From an uncultured Acidimicrobiales bacterium (GTDB lineage: Bacteria > Actinomycetota > Acidimicrobiia > Acidimicrobiales > Ilumatobacteraceae), in NCBI GenBank assembly GCA_963707925.1, contig CAVPRT010000008.1, positions 38,409 to 102,408 of the forward strand: a stretch of DNA of 64,000 bases, read 5' to 3'. The notes below the pieces were generated by a model. That model was not told the DNA's origin. It did not search any database and worked only from the letters and a program-made list of their open reading frames with translations. Positions 1 to 10,492 of the stretch are shown piece by piece. Made by a program: the position numbers and the translations under genes. Each line of letters opens with the position of its first letter. Position 1 is the stretch's first letter.

Positions 1-417
1 AAGGACCTCCTCGACAACGCCACCCCGTCGGCCAACTCGTCTGCTGCGTGGGCCCTCTACCGGCTGGCCGCTCTCACCGGCGAGGCCCGCTACGCGAACC
101 ACGCCGATCAGATCCTGCGTCTCCTCGCCCGCGCCATGCCGCAGGCACCGACGGCGTTCTCGCAGGCCTTGGCCGCGGTGGCGTTGAGAGCCGCCGGCAT
201 GACCGAGATCGTGATCACCGGTGATCGCCCCGACCTGCTCGCCGAGGTGAGGCGCCACTGGCTGCCCGATGGGGTTCTGGCGTGGGGTGAGCGCGGCGAT
301 AGTCCCCTCTGGGCGGGGCGCGACGACGGCCTCGCCTTCGTCTGCCACGATCGGGTGTGCGACCTGCCCACCGCGACAGTCGAGGCTCTAGCGGGCCAGC
401 TCGATGATCTGCGATGA
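1..417 (+). CDS. Thioredoxin-domain / DUF255 (YyaL-like) protein, C-terminal fragment (5' end lies outside the window)
   Basis: Frame 1 is open from base 1 to the TGA at 415-417 (KDLLDNATPSANSSAAWALYRLAALTGEARY...GLAFVCHDRVCDLPTATVEAL). The DNATPS.N segment and the FVC..x.C.LP tail match my recollection of YyaL-type proteins. Confidence 0.6.
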   Translation, partial: KDLLDNATPSANSSAAWALYRLAALTGEARYANHADQILRLLARAMPQAPTAFSQALAAVALRAAGMTEIVITGDRPDLLAEVRRHWLPDGVLAWGERGDSPLWAGRDDGLAFVCHDRVCDLPTATVEALAGQLDDLR

Positions 418-443
418 TTCTCCCGACCCCTAAGGAGCCACCG

Positions 444-926
444 ATGATCCGCAGAATCCTCACCGCCGGCCTCGCGGCCACTGCCTTGCTCTCCCTCTCC
501 GCGTGCGGCGGCGACTCCGACGACGAGTCGGTCATCCTGCCCGGCGGGGTCACCCTGCCCGCCGGTTCTGGGTCCAACACCATCCCTGGGGTTGCGGGTG
601 TTTCGGCCGAATGCATGGCCATCGCCAATGCCTTCGCCGGGGCGGCAACAGCCATGTCCGGCCAGGGCGACATCGCCCAGGCCGAGGCCTCCCTCGGAGC
701 GCTGGAGGAGATAGTGCCCGACGAGTTGAAAGATGACGCCCGGCTCTTCGCCGAGGCCTACAGCGCCGTCATCGTGGCACTGGTAGCCAACGACAACGAC
801 TACACCCAGCTGATGGCTGATCCCGAAGCGATGGCCGCGCTGGAGGCCCTCGACAGCGCGGACGTGCAGTCCGCCAGCGACAACATCAACGCCTACCTCG
901 CCAGCGCCTGCGACACCGGAGGCTGA
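444..926 (+). CDS. Putative secreted lipoprotein (function unknown)
   Basis: MIRRILTAGLAATALLSLSAC-GGDSDDE gives a signal peptide plus lipobox (L-S-A-C). The mature part is acidic and Ala-rich. I prefer the internal ATG at 444 over the ORF-track start at 414. Confidence 0.65.
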   Translation: MIRRILTAGLAATALLSLSACGGDSDDESVILPGGVTLPAGSGSNTIPGVAGVSAECMAIANAFAGAATAMSGQGDIAQAEASLGALEEIVPDELKDDARLFAEAYSAVIVALVANDNDYTQLMADPEAMAALEALDSADVQSASDNINAYLASACDTGG

Positions 927-940
927 CGGTCATCTCGGCC

Positions 941-1504
941 TCACCAGTGGCCGAGATGCACCACCTCGGCCGCTGGCCGCCGCGGGCGACGGCCGGGCGA
1001 CCCACTGGGCCGATCATCGGGACTGCGCAAGCCGAGGGCCACAGCACCGACCCCTTCGATGTGGGTCGGCACACCCAACTCGTCGAGTGCCGATCGCGAG
1101 TTGCGAAAGATCCCGAAGTAGAGCGCACCCAAGCCGCGATCCTCGGCGAGCAGGAGAAGGTTTTGTACGGCCATCGCCGTGTCCGTGAGCCAGAAGGGCA
1201 CCGGCCAGCCGCCTCTTTCATCCAGCCCGTGCCCGGCCTTGTCGCTCTCCGTATAGCGAGACGTGTAGGCCGTCGGGTCGGCGAGGGGCAGGATCACCAC
1301 CGGCGCCCGGAGCACGCCCGGTTGGCGGGCGGCGAACCACGCATTAGCACCGGTGGTTTGCCAGAAACCGGCAAGCTGGTCGCCCTCGAGCACGAGAAAG
1401 TGAACACCCTGGCTGAAGCCGGCCGAAGGCCCCCGCCGCGCCAGGTCGACAAGTTCGGTCACCAAGCCGACCGGAAGTGGGTCGGGCAGGAAGTCGCGGG
1501 TCAT
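941..1504 (-). CDS. Nitroreductase-family protein
   Basis: Intact 187-aa ORF. ...LVDLARRGPSAGFSQGVHFLVLEG...AMAVQNLLLLAEDRGLGALYFGIF... resembles the FMN-dependent nitroreductase fold family. Confidence 0.6.
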   Translation of the reverse strand: MTRDFLPDPLPVGLVTELVDLARRGPSAGFSQGVHFLVLEGDQLAGFWQTTGANAWFAARQPGVLRAPVVILPLADPTAYTSRYTESDKAGHGLDERGGWPVPFWLTDTAMAVQNLLLLAEDRGLGALYFGIFRNSRSALDELGVPTHIEGVGAVALGLRSPDDRPSGSPGRRPRRPAAEVVHLGHW

Positions 1505-1542
1505 CCGCCGGCGGCGGATGAGGGCGTCGAGCGGTAGATCGC

Positions 1543-2199
1543 TCAGCGAGCACCCAGCTTGACGAGGTCCTCGGCCATCACCCAGCCGTGCACCACGAGC
1601 ACTCCACCCTTGTTGGGGTCGACGCCGGTGAAGAGTGCTGCGAGTTCGGGCTTGGTCTTGTCGGGCTTCAGCGACTCGTGGTCGAGGAACCCGCTCTGGC
1701 CGTTGATCCTGGCCACGAAGGACTGCTCGTCGTATTGGGCGTCGACGGCGAAGCGCTTCGCCAGGCGACGGCCCCAGGCGCGCTCCTCGCCCACCGCCCG
1801 GTGACCGGGGCGGGGGATCAGGCCGTCGATGTGCTTGAAACCCTCGAGCCCGTCGGCGCTGAGGAAGCGTGAGCCGACGACCACATCTTCATCGGGGAAG
1901 GCCATCAGTGCCCGGTGGAAGGCCTCGGCCATCAGACCCTTCAACACCTGGTCGCGCTTGGAGTTGCGCCTCACGCTCATCAGGCCGAGAAGGACGCAGG
2001 GGGTGCCGCCGATGCGCTCGAGAGTGGAGAAAGTGAACCCGAGCAGCCTGCCGTCGTCGCGGCAGGTGGTGCTGAGCACCCAGTCTTCCTTCGCCTTCGA
2101 GAGCGCGCCGATGTCGAACGCTCCTCCCATCGACGCCATCTCGTCGAGATCGCCGTCGGTGAGCGCTGCGCAGTCCCTGGTTCCCACCTGGAATGCCAT
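1543..2199 (-). CDS. Hypothetical protein (possibly acyltransferase-like fold; function not recognised)
   Basis: Intact 218-aa ORF with coding-like composition and no overlapping better ORF. I recognise no diagnostic motif. Confidence 0.5.
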   Translation of the reverse strand: MAFQVGTRDCAALTDGDLDEMASMGGAFDIGALSKAKEDWVLSTTCRDDGRLLGFTFSTLERIGGTPCVLLGLMSVRRNSKRDQVLKGLMAEAFHRALMAFPDEDVVVGSRFLSADGLEGFKHIDGLIPRPGHRAVGEERAWGRRLAKRFAVDAQYDEQSFVARINGQSGFLDHESLKPDKTKPELAALFTGVDPNKGGVLVVHGWVMAEDLVKLGAR

Positions 2200-2314
2200 T
2201 GCCCTGAAGCTCCCCTGTCGATATCTGGCCCCCGAGAACCCCGGGGGACGTGACGTGAGCTACCCATTCTGCCAGAGAATCGTCGATTTCGCAGCCACAA
2301 GGTTGTCTTAGCGC

Positions 2315-5300
2315 CTATAAGACGACGGCATCGTGGCCGAGCGCCATGCGCAGTTCGCCCACCACCCGGTCGAGGTCGACACAGAAATCGTCGGCCAGAC
2401 GCAACACCTTGCCCTGACCGATGTGCAGATAGACGGGTGAATCACCAGGGTGCTCACGCAGGATCTTGCGAATCTGATGGATCTTCAACTCGGTGAGTGA
2501 GGTTGCCGGCACTTTCAGTCGCAAGGGCGCGGCGTTGGTCTCCAGCCCCTCGATGATCTGCACATCGATGGCCATGAACCCGACGCGAGTCTCGTCGCGG
2601 CGGTCGACACGGCCCTTCACGGTGACGATCGCGTCGTCGAGCAACTTGTGGCCCTGGTCCATCAGCACCCGGGGGAAGACCGTCACCTCGATGGAGGCAT
2701 CGAGGTCCTCGAGAACGAAGACCGCCATCTGGTCTCCCTTCTTGGTGAACTTGCGCGCCAGGTTGGTGATCACCCCACCGAGCACGACCATCGAGCCGTC
2801 CTCCTTTCGGCCACCTCGGCGACGGTGCAGTCCACCTTGCGACGCAGGGCCGCCTCGACACCGAGCAGGGGGTGGTCGCTGACGTAGAGGCCGAGCATCT
2901 CCTTCTCGAACTTCAGCCGGTCGCCCTTGTCGAACTCGACGGCCGGGATGGTGATCGTCTCGTCGAAAGCGCCACCGCCCTGGTCGCCGCCGAGGTCGCC
3001 GAACAGGCTCATCACACCTTGGTCGCGTTCCCGACGGCGGACCAGGGTGGTGTCGATGATCTGTTCGAACACCATCAGCAGGCCCTTGCGTGGGTGACCG
3101 AGAGCATCGAAGGCGCCGGCCTTGATCAGGGACTCGACCGTGCGCTTGTTGAGCACCGACTCCGGGACCCGCTCGGCGAAGTCGTGGAAGGAGTCGTAAG
3201 GGCCGTTCTGGTCGCGCTCGCACAGCAAGACCTCGACCAACCCCACCCCAACGTTGCGGATGGCGGACAACCCGAAGGTGATCGCACCCGGGCTAGCCGG
3301 CGGCAACTGGACATCGGGGGGGACCTCGGCGGGGTTCAGCGCGGCGAAGTCGGTGACCGAACGGTTGATGTCGGGAGTGAGCACCTTCACCCCACTGGCC
3401 CGGGCGTCGCTGAGGTAGACGGCGGCCTTGTCGAGGTTGCTCTTCACGCTGGAGAGCAGGCAGGCCATGTACTCGACCGGGAAGTGGGCTTTCAGATAGG
3501 CCGTCTGGTAGGCGATCAGGCCGTAACCGAAGGCGTGGCTCTTGTTGAACGCGTAGTCGGCGAAGGGCTCGATGATGTCGAACAGTTCCTTGCCCAGCGC
3601 GCGGCCGTAGCCGGTGTTCTCGCAACCGGCCTCGAAGGCATCCCTGGCCGCCGCCATGACCTCGCGCGCACTTCTTGCCCATCGCCTTGCGCAAGTTGTC
3701 GGCCTCGGCGAGCGAGTAGCCGGCGAACTTCTGGGCGACCCTCATCACACTCTCCTGATAGATCATCAGGCCGTAGGTGTCGCCCAAGACCGCTTCGGCG
3801 TCGGGGTGGAAGAAGGTGACCGGCTTGCGGGCGTTCTTGCGGTCGGCGTAGTCGTAGTGCATGTTGACGCTCATCGGCCCCGGCCGGTAGAGAGCGACGA
3901 GAGCGGCGACGTCGTCGAAGACGGTCGGTGCCAGCGACCTCATCAGAGCCCTCATCGGCGGGGATTCGAGCTGGAAGACACCCATCGTGTCGCCGCGGCC
4001 GAGAAGGTCGAACACCGTCAGGTCGTCGAGAGGCACCGTGTCGATGTCGAACTCGGGGTCCTTGGTGGCTCTCACCATCTTCATCGTGTCGGTGATCACG
4101 TCGAGGTTGCGCAGACCGAGGAAGTCCATCTTCAGCAGCCCGAGTTCTTCGACCCCGTGCATCTCGTACTGGGTGACCATCGGCGCGTCGGCCGGGGGCT
4201 GCCCAGCCTCGGGTTTGCGCTGGATGGGCAAGTAGGTGGTGAGCGGGTCCTTTGTAATGACCACCGCTGCGGCGTGGATGCCGTCGCTGCGCTTCAGCCC
4301 TTCGAGACCCTTGGCCACGTCGACGACCCTCTTGACATCGGGGTCGGTCTCGTACATCGCCCTCAGCTCCGCGGCCGCCTTGAACCCGTCGGTGTACTTC
4401 GGGCTCTCCTCGAAGCAGTACTTCAGGGGGGTGTCGCGGCCCATCACCAAAGGTGGCATGGCCTTGGCGATCCGGTCGCCCACGCCATAGGGGAAACCGA
4501 GAACCCGCGCCGCGTCGCGCACGGCGTTGCGAGCCTTGATCGTGCCGAACGTGATGATCTGGGCGACATGGTTGCGGCCGTACTTGGCGGCCGCGTAATC
4601 GATCAGCTCATCGCGATGGCGCGAGTCGAAGTCCATGTCGATGTCGGGCATCGTGCGCCGGCTGGGGTTGAGGAAACGCTCGAACAGGAGGTCGTACTTG
4701 ATCGGGTCGAGTTCGGTGATGCGCAAGCTGTAGGCGACGGCGCACCCAGCGGCCGACCCACGACCCGGGCCGACCCGAATGCCCTGTTCGCGGGCATGGT
4801 GGATGAGGTCCCACACGATCAAGAAGTAGCTGGCGAAGCCCATGTTCTTGATCACCTGCAGCTCGTAGGCGAGGCGATCCCCGACCTCACTGGGCGGGTT
4901 CTCGCCCCACCTCTGGCGGGCGCCCTCCCACGTGAGATGGTCGAGGTAGGCGGCATCGTCGGCGAAGCCGGAAGGAATAGGGAAGTCGGGCAGTTTGGGC
5001 TTGCCGAACTCGATGGTGACGTCGGCGCGTTCGGCGACCCAAAGGGTGTTGTCGCACGCCTCGGGCAGGTCGCGGAACAGGTAGCGCATTTCGGCCGCGG
5101 TCTTCAGGTAGTGCTCGTTGCCCTCGAACTTGAACCTCTTCGGGTCGCTGAGGGTGGCGCCGGTTTGGACACAGAGCAGGGCGTCGTGGCTTTCGTGATC
5201 GGCGCGGTGCACATAGTGGGAGTCGTTGGTGGCGATGATCGGTGCGCCGAGCCGACGGGCGATCTCGATCAGCTTCGGGTTGGTGTCGCGCTGTGACGCC

Positions 5301-5941
5301 AGCCCGTGGTCCTGCACCTCGACGAAGAGGTTGTCCTTGCCGAAGATCTCCTGGAGCCGACCGGCCTTCTGGAACGCGCCCTTCTCGTCGCCGTTCAGGA
5401 GGCTCTGCAGAACATGCCCGCCGAGGCAACCGGTCGTGGCGATCAGCCCGTGGTGGTACCTCTCGAGCAACTCCCAGTCCATGCGGGGCTTGTAGTAGTA
5501 GCCCTCGAGGAAGGCCAGACTGGCCAGCTGGATGAGGTTGCGGTAGCCCTGGTCGGTCTCGGCCAAGAGGGTGAGGTGGTAGTAAAGCTTTCTGCCACCT
5601 TCGGTGTCGCCACCCGAGTCGTCGACACGCCCCCGGCGAGCGGGGCGCTCCAGACGCGAGTCGTAGGCCATGTAGGCCTCAGTGCCGATCACCGGCTTGA
5701 CACCCTGCTCGTTGCACTCCTTGTAGAACTCGAGGGCACCGTACATATTGCCGTGGTCGGTAATACCCAGGGCAGGTTGGCCGTCCTGCACCGCCTTGGC
5801 CACGAGTTCGTCGAGCCTGGCCGCACCATCGAGCATCGAGAACTCGGTGTGGACGTGAAGGTGGGTGAACGAGTCGCCCACGGGCGGTGACCTCCTCTCG
5901 ACGGTGCGGATCAGCCGTGGAATGACACGGCTGTGATTCAT
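2315..5941 (-). CDS. dnaE: DNA polymerase III alpha subunit DnaE (single gene read in three frames; 2 frameshifts as sequenced)
   Basis: The PHP N-terminus is FTHLHVHTEFSMLDGAARLDELV...ITDHGNMYG. The first frame is followed to ...AEADNLRKAMGKK and breaks near 3660-3670. It resumes as MAAARDAFEAG...NKSHAFGYGLIAYQTAYLKAHFP and breaks again near 2800-2812. The last segment is the OB-fold C-terminus VVLGGVITNLARKFTKKGDQMAVFVLEDL..., ending at the stop at 2315. Confidence 0.95.
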
Positions 5942-6012
5942 GCGACCCTAGCCGCGTTGACCTCCGCCGAAAACTTGCCCCGTGTTGCCTGCCGCGCTAG
6001 GGCCCGGCGGAT

Positions 6013-6522
6013 CTAGAGGTAGGTGCCGGGCCTTTCGTTGGCCTCGACGACCCTGTCTTGGGGGCCCATCATCGACCCCGGGGGCAGTTGGCGCATCTGT
6101 TCGAGTTGTTGACGGGCGGCAAACTGCTGGGCGAAGAGGGTGGCCTGGATGCCGTGGAACAGACCCTCGAGCCACCCCACCAGCTGGGCCTTGGCGATGC
6201 GCAGCTCGGCCTCGCTGGGAATCTCGCCGTCCTTGAACGGCAGGGCGAGCATGTGCAGCTCATGCTGCAGATCCGGCGACATGGCGCCGGTGAGCTCAGC
6301 GATCGATCTCTCGTAGATCTCGGCCAGGCGCTCGCGGCTGGCCTCATCGAGGGGGCTGGTACGCACCTCCTCGAGCAGCTGCTTGACCATCGACCCGATG
6401 CGCATCACCTTGGCCGGCTCGGTGACGGTCTCCGTGGCGTCCTCGCTCCTTGGCGCGTCGACCACCTCGGGGTGTTCGCTCGGTTGGATTGGATCTGTCA
6501 TCGGACTCTCCTGCTCATTCAT
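6013..6522 (-). CDS. bpa: Bacterial proteasome activator (Bpa/PafE family, DUF2587)
   Basis: Intact 169-aa ORF with a helical core (MRIGSMVKQLLEEVR...LVGWLEGLFHGIQATLFAQQ). The C-terminal ...RPGTYL resembles the GQYL proteasome-docking tail of mycobacterial Bpa. Confidence 0.75.
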   Translation of the reverse strand: MNEQESPMTDPIQPSEHPEVVDAPRSEDATETVTEPAKVMRIGSMVKQLLEEVRTSPLDEASRERLAEIYERSIAELTGAMSPDLQHELHMLALPFKDGEIPSEAELRIAKAQLVGWLEGLFHGIQATLFAQQFAARQQLEQMRQLPPGSMMGPQDRVVEANERPGTYL

Positions 6523-7666
6523 CGGGCCGCCGCCAGCAGAGGCACCAACATCTCAGCAGATGTGAGCGAGCCGTGTCGACATAACAGCTCGAAAGGACCG
6601 GCATCGGCCGGATCGAAGAAGCCGACCGCGGCATGGGCGACCAGGGCGACATCACCGAACCGGGATGCCACCGGCGGGCTCACCACCGGGCCGAACCAGC
6701 CGGCATCGACGAGCTCTCTGCGGCTGTGCACCCAGGCCGTGTCGCTGTGGTGTTCGCGCGCTGCGGCCAAGAGATCGTCGGCGGCGCCGGGCTTGGCGTG
6801 CAGCCAGCGGAAGCGGGCCTCGCCGGATTGTTGCCTGCACGACCTCATCACATCTGGATGGGGAGCCACCATGCTCGCCCCGACCTGCACCTGGCCGTGG
6901 TCGGCAGTGATCACCAGCGCCGAACCGGGTGGCAGTGCCGAAAGAACGTCGGCAACCAACCGGTCGGCGGCAACCAGCTCGGCATCGTAGAAAGGTCCGA
7001 AGCCGCGCTCGTGCGCAACCTTGTCGATCCCGTCGTAGTAGGCGTAGACGAACCTCTCTCCCTCTCTCAGTTGCTGACCGATCACCACCGCCAGGCTCGA
7101 CGCGACACGCCACCCGACGGGCCGGCAGCCGCGCAGGTGGGCCTCGGTGAAGGCCGAGCCCTCGAGCTCGGCCTTGCTGACCACCGGCACCCTCTCGCCC
7201 ATGAAGGGGCGGAAGGGCTGGACCTTGGCAGGCTCGCACTGGCGGCGGGCGTCGCCGGCGGAAGTGCTCCAGCGGATCACGTTCAGTACCTCACCGGCCA
7301 TGTCGATGCGATATCCGACCAGCCCGTGCTCACCCGGTGTGAGCCCGGTGGTGATCGATGCCAGCGCGGTCGCCGTGGTGGACGGGGCGACCGTGGTGAT
7401 CGGGCCGCCGCTCATCGAGCTGAGGGTGGGCGCGAGATGGGCTCTCTCCGCAGCTGCTCCCACCCCAGACCATCGATCACGAGCAGTACCACCTGGTCTG
7501 CTTCGGCGATCACCGCAGGCATCCACGCCGGCAGGGGCGCGCCTCGCGGAGCAAGCAGGGCAGGCACGATGCCACGAACATTGGCGCCGGCGTAGTCGGG
7601 GAGGGTGGCGTTGAGGTGGCACGAAGTGCCCAGTCCATCACCTCGGAGCAGGCGCGCGCCATTCAC
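6519..7666 (-). CDS. Alkaline-phosphatase superfamily protein (nucleotide pyrophosphatase/phosphodiesterase-like); 1 frameshift as sequenced
   Basis: The N-terminal piece ends ...VVLLVIDGLGWEQLR (metal-site DG motif) and the frame breaks near 7440-7450. It continues HLAPTLSSMSGGPITTVAPSTTATALASITTGLTPGEHGLVGY...ALVITADHGQV. The start of this gene overlaps the bpa stop by 4 nt. Confidence 0.7.
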
Positions 7667-7707
7667 TGCTTCGCCGACGGGTCACCGGAGCGGCCTAGAT
7701 TGGCGCT

Positions 7708-8160
7708 GTGCGAGTGTCGAGCAAGGGCGATTATGCGTGTCGGGCACTGCTCTCGCTCGCCCTCCACCCAGACGAGCCCGGCCCGACATCCGTACGCGAC
7801 ATCGCCGAGCGCACCGCCATCCCCCAGCCCTATCTGGAACAGATCCTGCTCGCGCTCAAGGGTGCCGGACTGGTGCGTTCCAAGCGCGGCGTCGGCGGCG
7901 GCTACGTGCTTGCCCGCGCCCCCGACGAGATCCGGATCAGTGAGATCCTCAGCGCCGTCGACGGGCCGATCAGCCTCGGCGACTTCGGCGAGCCCCACCA
8001 GGACGGAGCCTGCAGTCACGAAGGGCAGTGCGTGCTGCTGGCGATCTGGAAGTCGGCCGGCGAACAGATGAGGCGGATGATGCACGCCTTCACCCTCCAG
8101 TCGGTGGCCGACGCCGCCCAGGGAACCACCCCATGGCCCGAGGCCCGGCTCGACCCCTGA
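7708..8160 (+). CDS. Rrf2-family transcriptional regulator
   Basis: GTG start. MRVSSKGDYACRALLSLAL...SVRDIAERTAIPQPYLEQILLALKGAGLVRSKRGVGGGYVLAR is the canonical Rrf2 winged-helix signature. Only 2 Cys lie in the C-terminal half (C..x5..C). Confidence 0.85.
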   Translation: MRVSSKGDYACRALLSLALHPDEPGPTSVRDIAERTAIPQPYLEQILLALKGAGLVRSKRGVGGGYVLARAPDEIRISEILSAVDGPISLGDFGEPHQDGACSHEGQCVLLAIWKSAGEQMRRMMHAFTLQSVADAAQGTTPWPEARLDP

Positions 8161-8206
8161 AGTCGTCGGATCGTCCGGCGCGGAACATCAATCGCCGAGC
8201 GACGCC

Positions 8207-9107
8207 TCAACTGCGAGCGAGGTCGGCCGGCAGGGGCGACTCGAATCGCAGGGGTTCGTGGGTTACAGGGTGGTCGAGCTCGATCACGGCAGCGTGCAGG
8301 AAGGGACGAGGCGACGGCACGCCAGGCCTCACCCCTCCATAGGTGGGGTCACCGACGACGGGATGCCCGATCGCGGCTGAGATGAACTCGGATCTGGTGG
8401 GTGCGACCCGAGTCGAGGCGGCACTCCAGGGTCGAAGTTGCCGTGGGGACCCTGTACTCGTGGAGTACTCGATAACGGGTGCGAGAAGGTTTGCCGTCCA
8501 CCACCACAGCCATGCGCGTCGGGTCTCGGTGGTCGCGGCCGATGGGAGCATCTACCACCCCATGGGAGTTGGCGAGGTGTCCCCAAACCAGGGCCCGATA
8601 GATGCGCCCGACATCGCGGTTTGCCAAGGCATCGACGAGCACGTGATAGGCCAGCTGGGTGCGGGCAACGGCGAGCAGGCCCGACGTGCCCACATCGAGG
8701 CGGTGCACGATGCCGGGTCGATGGCTCTCACCCACCCCAGCCAACTCGGGGAACCGAGCGAGCAAGCCGTTCACCATGGTGCCCTCGGTGTGACCGGCGC
8801 CTGGATGCACCACCAGGCCGGCCGGCTTGTCGACGATGATGAGGTGTTCGTCGACATGGACGATGGCGAGCTCGACCGACGAATCAGCCTCAGGTCCAGT
8901 GGGCTCGGGCAGCATCCCTGGCTCGACCTCGACCCTCTGGCCGGCCTTCAGCCTGACCTTGCCGGAACTCTGGACCTCTCCGTCGACCCGGACCCCGCCT
9001 AGTCCTACAAGACGGGTTGCATCGCTGCGACTGCACTCGGCGAGCAGGGACACAACACGGTCCAGGCGCTCACCCGCCAGGGCGCTGGGGATCTCCTCTT
9101 CGATCAT
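8207..9107 (-). CDS. rluD: RluA/RluD-family 23S rRNA pseudouridine synthase; 1 frameshift as sequenced
   Basis: The N-terminus is S4-like (LDRVVSLLAECSRSDATRLV) and the catalytic motif is GIVHRLDVGTSGLLAVA. The frame is followed to ...GRTHQIRVHLS and breaks near 8375-8385. It resumes AIGHPVVGDPTYGG. The ATG at 9107 overlaps the lspA stop (ATGA). Confidence 0.85.
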
Positions 9108-9597
9108 GCCGGCCTCGCCGAATGAGAACCGAACACGGACCACAGTACGAACAGGGCCCCGCCGACGTTCACCGCGATGTCGGCAACGTTGAAGATCGGA
9201 AACCATTGGAAGTCGATGAAGTCGATGACCTCTGCCGCGCAGCCATCCCTCGTCCGCGAAACAGGCGGTCGACGAGGTTGCCCAACGCCCCACCCAGCAC
9301 CAGCCCGGCGGCCACCGCCGCCGTGAGGCTGGTCTGACGGCTCACGGAACGAACGATCAGTGCCACCACCACCAGCGCCAGAAGGCCGATGATCGGGCCG
9401 ATGCCCTGCCCCTTGGAGAACGCCATGCCACTGTTGTACGCCAGGTTCCACTGCAGGGTCCACACCACATGAATGTGATCGCGATCAGCGAGCGCACTGA
9501 TAGCCCAGTGCTTCGTGCTCTGGTCGAGCAGCACTACCGCGATCGCAATGGCGAACACGAACCGCAGCCGATGGGCCGGCTGCACGTCGTCGGTCAT
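9104..9597 (-). CDS. lspA: Lipoprotein signal peptidase (signal peptidase II); 1 frameshift as sequenced
   Basis: LLDQSTKHWA...WNLAYNSGMAFS...GGALGNLVDRLFRG breaks near 9235-9255. It continues ...VIDFIDFQWFPIFNVADIAVNVGGALFVL, which contains the conserved FN.AD motif. Confidence 0.85.
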
Positions 9598-10454
9598 CGG
9601 CGACCGATCCCGCCGACCTTCTCCTCGACCAGGACCGTGGCCCAAGCGATGGCCTCGAGCCGCTCACGAGGGATCGGGCGACCCGACTCGACGGAGTAGC
9701 CGTAGGTGCCCTTGACCAGGCGATCCAGAGCGGCGTCGATGTCGGCGACAGTCTGGCGGGCCTGGGCGCTTAGGGCGAGATCGCGCTCGCGCTCGACCAC
9801 CATCGTGTCGCCCTCGCCCCCTTCGTCGTCGAACTGCACGTCTCCCATTTCCTGCTCCTCGATGAGCTGGTGAGCCTCATCCTCGAGACGGGTGGCCTGT
9901 CCGATGAGCGCCGACCGCCGCGCGAGAAGGGTGGCCTTCTGGGCGGAGAGGAACTTCACGTCGAAGTCCTTGGTGTAGGCGACGCCGTCCTTGGTGACAC
10001 CCTTGACGGCAGGCAGGTCGACCCGGATCGGCGCACCCAGGCGTTGGACCGGGGATTTCTTCGTTGCCACTTTCTTGACCGGAGTGGTTGCCGTCTTGGC
10101 AGGCGCAACCGTCTTGGCGGGTGCAGCCTTCTTGGCGGGTGCGGCCTTCTTGGCGGGTGCGGCCTTCTTGGCGGGTGCGGCCTTCTTGGCGGGTGCGGCC
10201 TTCTTCGGCGGGTGCGGCCTTCTTGGCGGGTGCGGCCTTCTTGGCGGGTGCAGCCTTCTTGGCAGGTGCGGCCTTCTTGGCAGGTACAGCCTTCTTGGCA
10301 GGTGCAGCCTTCTTCGCCGGTGCAGCCTTCTTCGGCGGGTGCGGCCTTCTTCGCCGGAGCAGCAGCCTTCTTCGCCGGTAGCAGCCTTCTTCGCCGGAGC
10401 GGGTGCTGCCTTGGCAGCTGCCTTCTTCGCCGGAACCTTCTTGGCGGTTGCCAT
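9594..10454 (-). CDS. DksA/TraR-like protein lacking the zinc-finger cysteines, with an N-terminal Lys/Ala-rich (PAKKAA)n histone-H1-like repeat tail
   Basis: The C-terminal half aligns by eye to actinobacterial DksA/TraR proteins (...DEGGEGDTMVVERERDLALSAQARQTVADIDAALDRLVKGTYGYSVESGRPIPRERLEAIAWATVLVEEK). The four Cys positions are replaced by S, S, L and E. The N-terminus is MATAKKVPAKKAAAKAAPAPAKKAA followed by about 16 copies of an 18-nt repeat. Three of those units are 19 nt long, so the middle of the repeat is read out of frame although the ORF stays open. Confidence 0.7.
   Translation of the reverse strand: MATAKKVPAKKAAAKAAPAPAKKAATGEEGCCSGEEGRTRRRRLHRRRRLHLPRRLYLPRRPHLPRRLHPPRRPHPPRRPHPPKKAAPAKKAAPAKKAAPAKKAAPAKKAAPAKTVAPAKTATTPVKKVATKKSPVQRLGAPIRVDLPAVKGVTKDGVAYTKDFDVKFLSAQKATLLARRSALIGQATRLEDEAHQLIEEQEMGDVQFDDEGGEGDTMVVERERDLALSAQARQTVADIDAALDRLVKGTYGYSVESGRPIPRERLEAIAWATVLVEEKVGGIGRR
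10093..10410 (-). repeat. Coding tandem repeat, 18-nt unit (plus-strand ttcttggcgggtgcggcc, encoding PAKKAA on the minus strand), about 16 units
   Basis: Units can be read off directly (for example 10129-10146, 10147-10164, 10165-10182 and 10183-10200 are identical). Aberrant 19-nt units sit at 10201-10219, 10328-10346 and 10368-10386. Confidence 0.9.
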
Positions 10455-10492
10455 GGTGGATGTCCTCCGTCGTGCGGTTTAAGGCCGGGATG

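Noticed and set aside
10093-10410. The regular 18-nt tandem repeat array considered as a possible CRISPR or non-coding satellite.
   Set aside because: The units are contiguous with no spacers. The array lies inside an ORF and encodes a PAKKAA Lys/Ala-rich tail, so it is a coding low-complexity repeat. No cas genes are present in the window.
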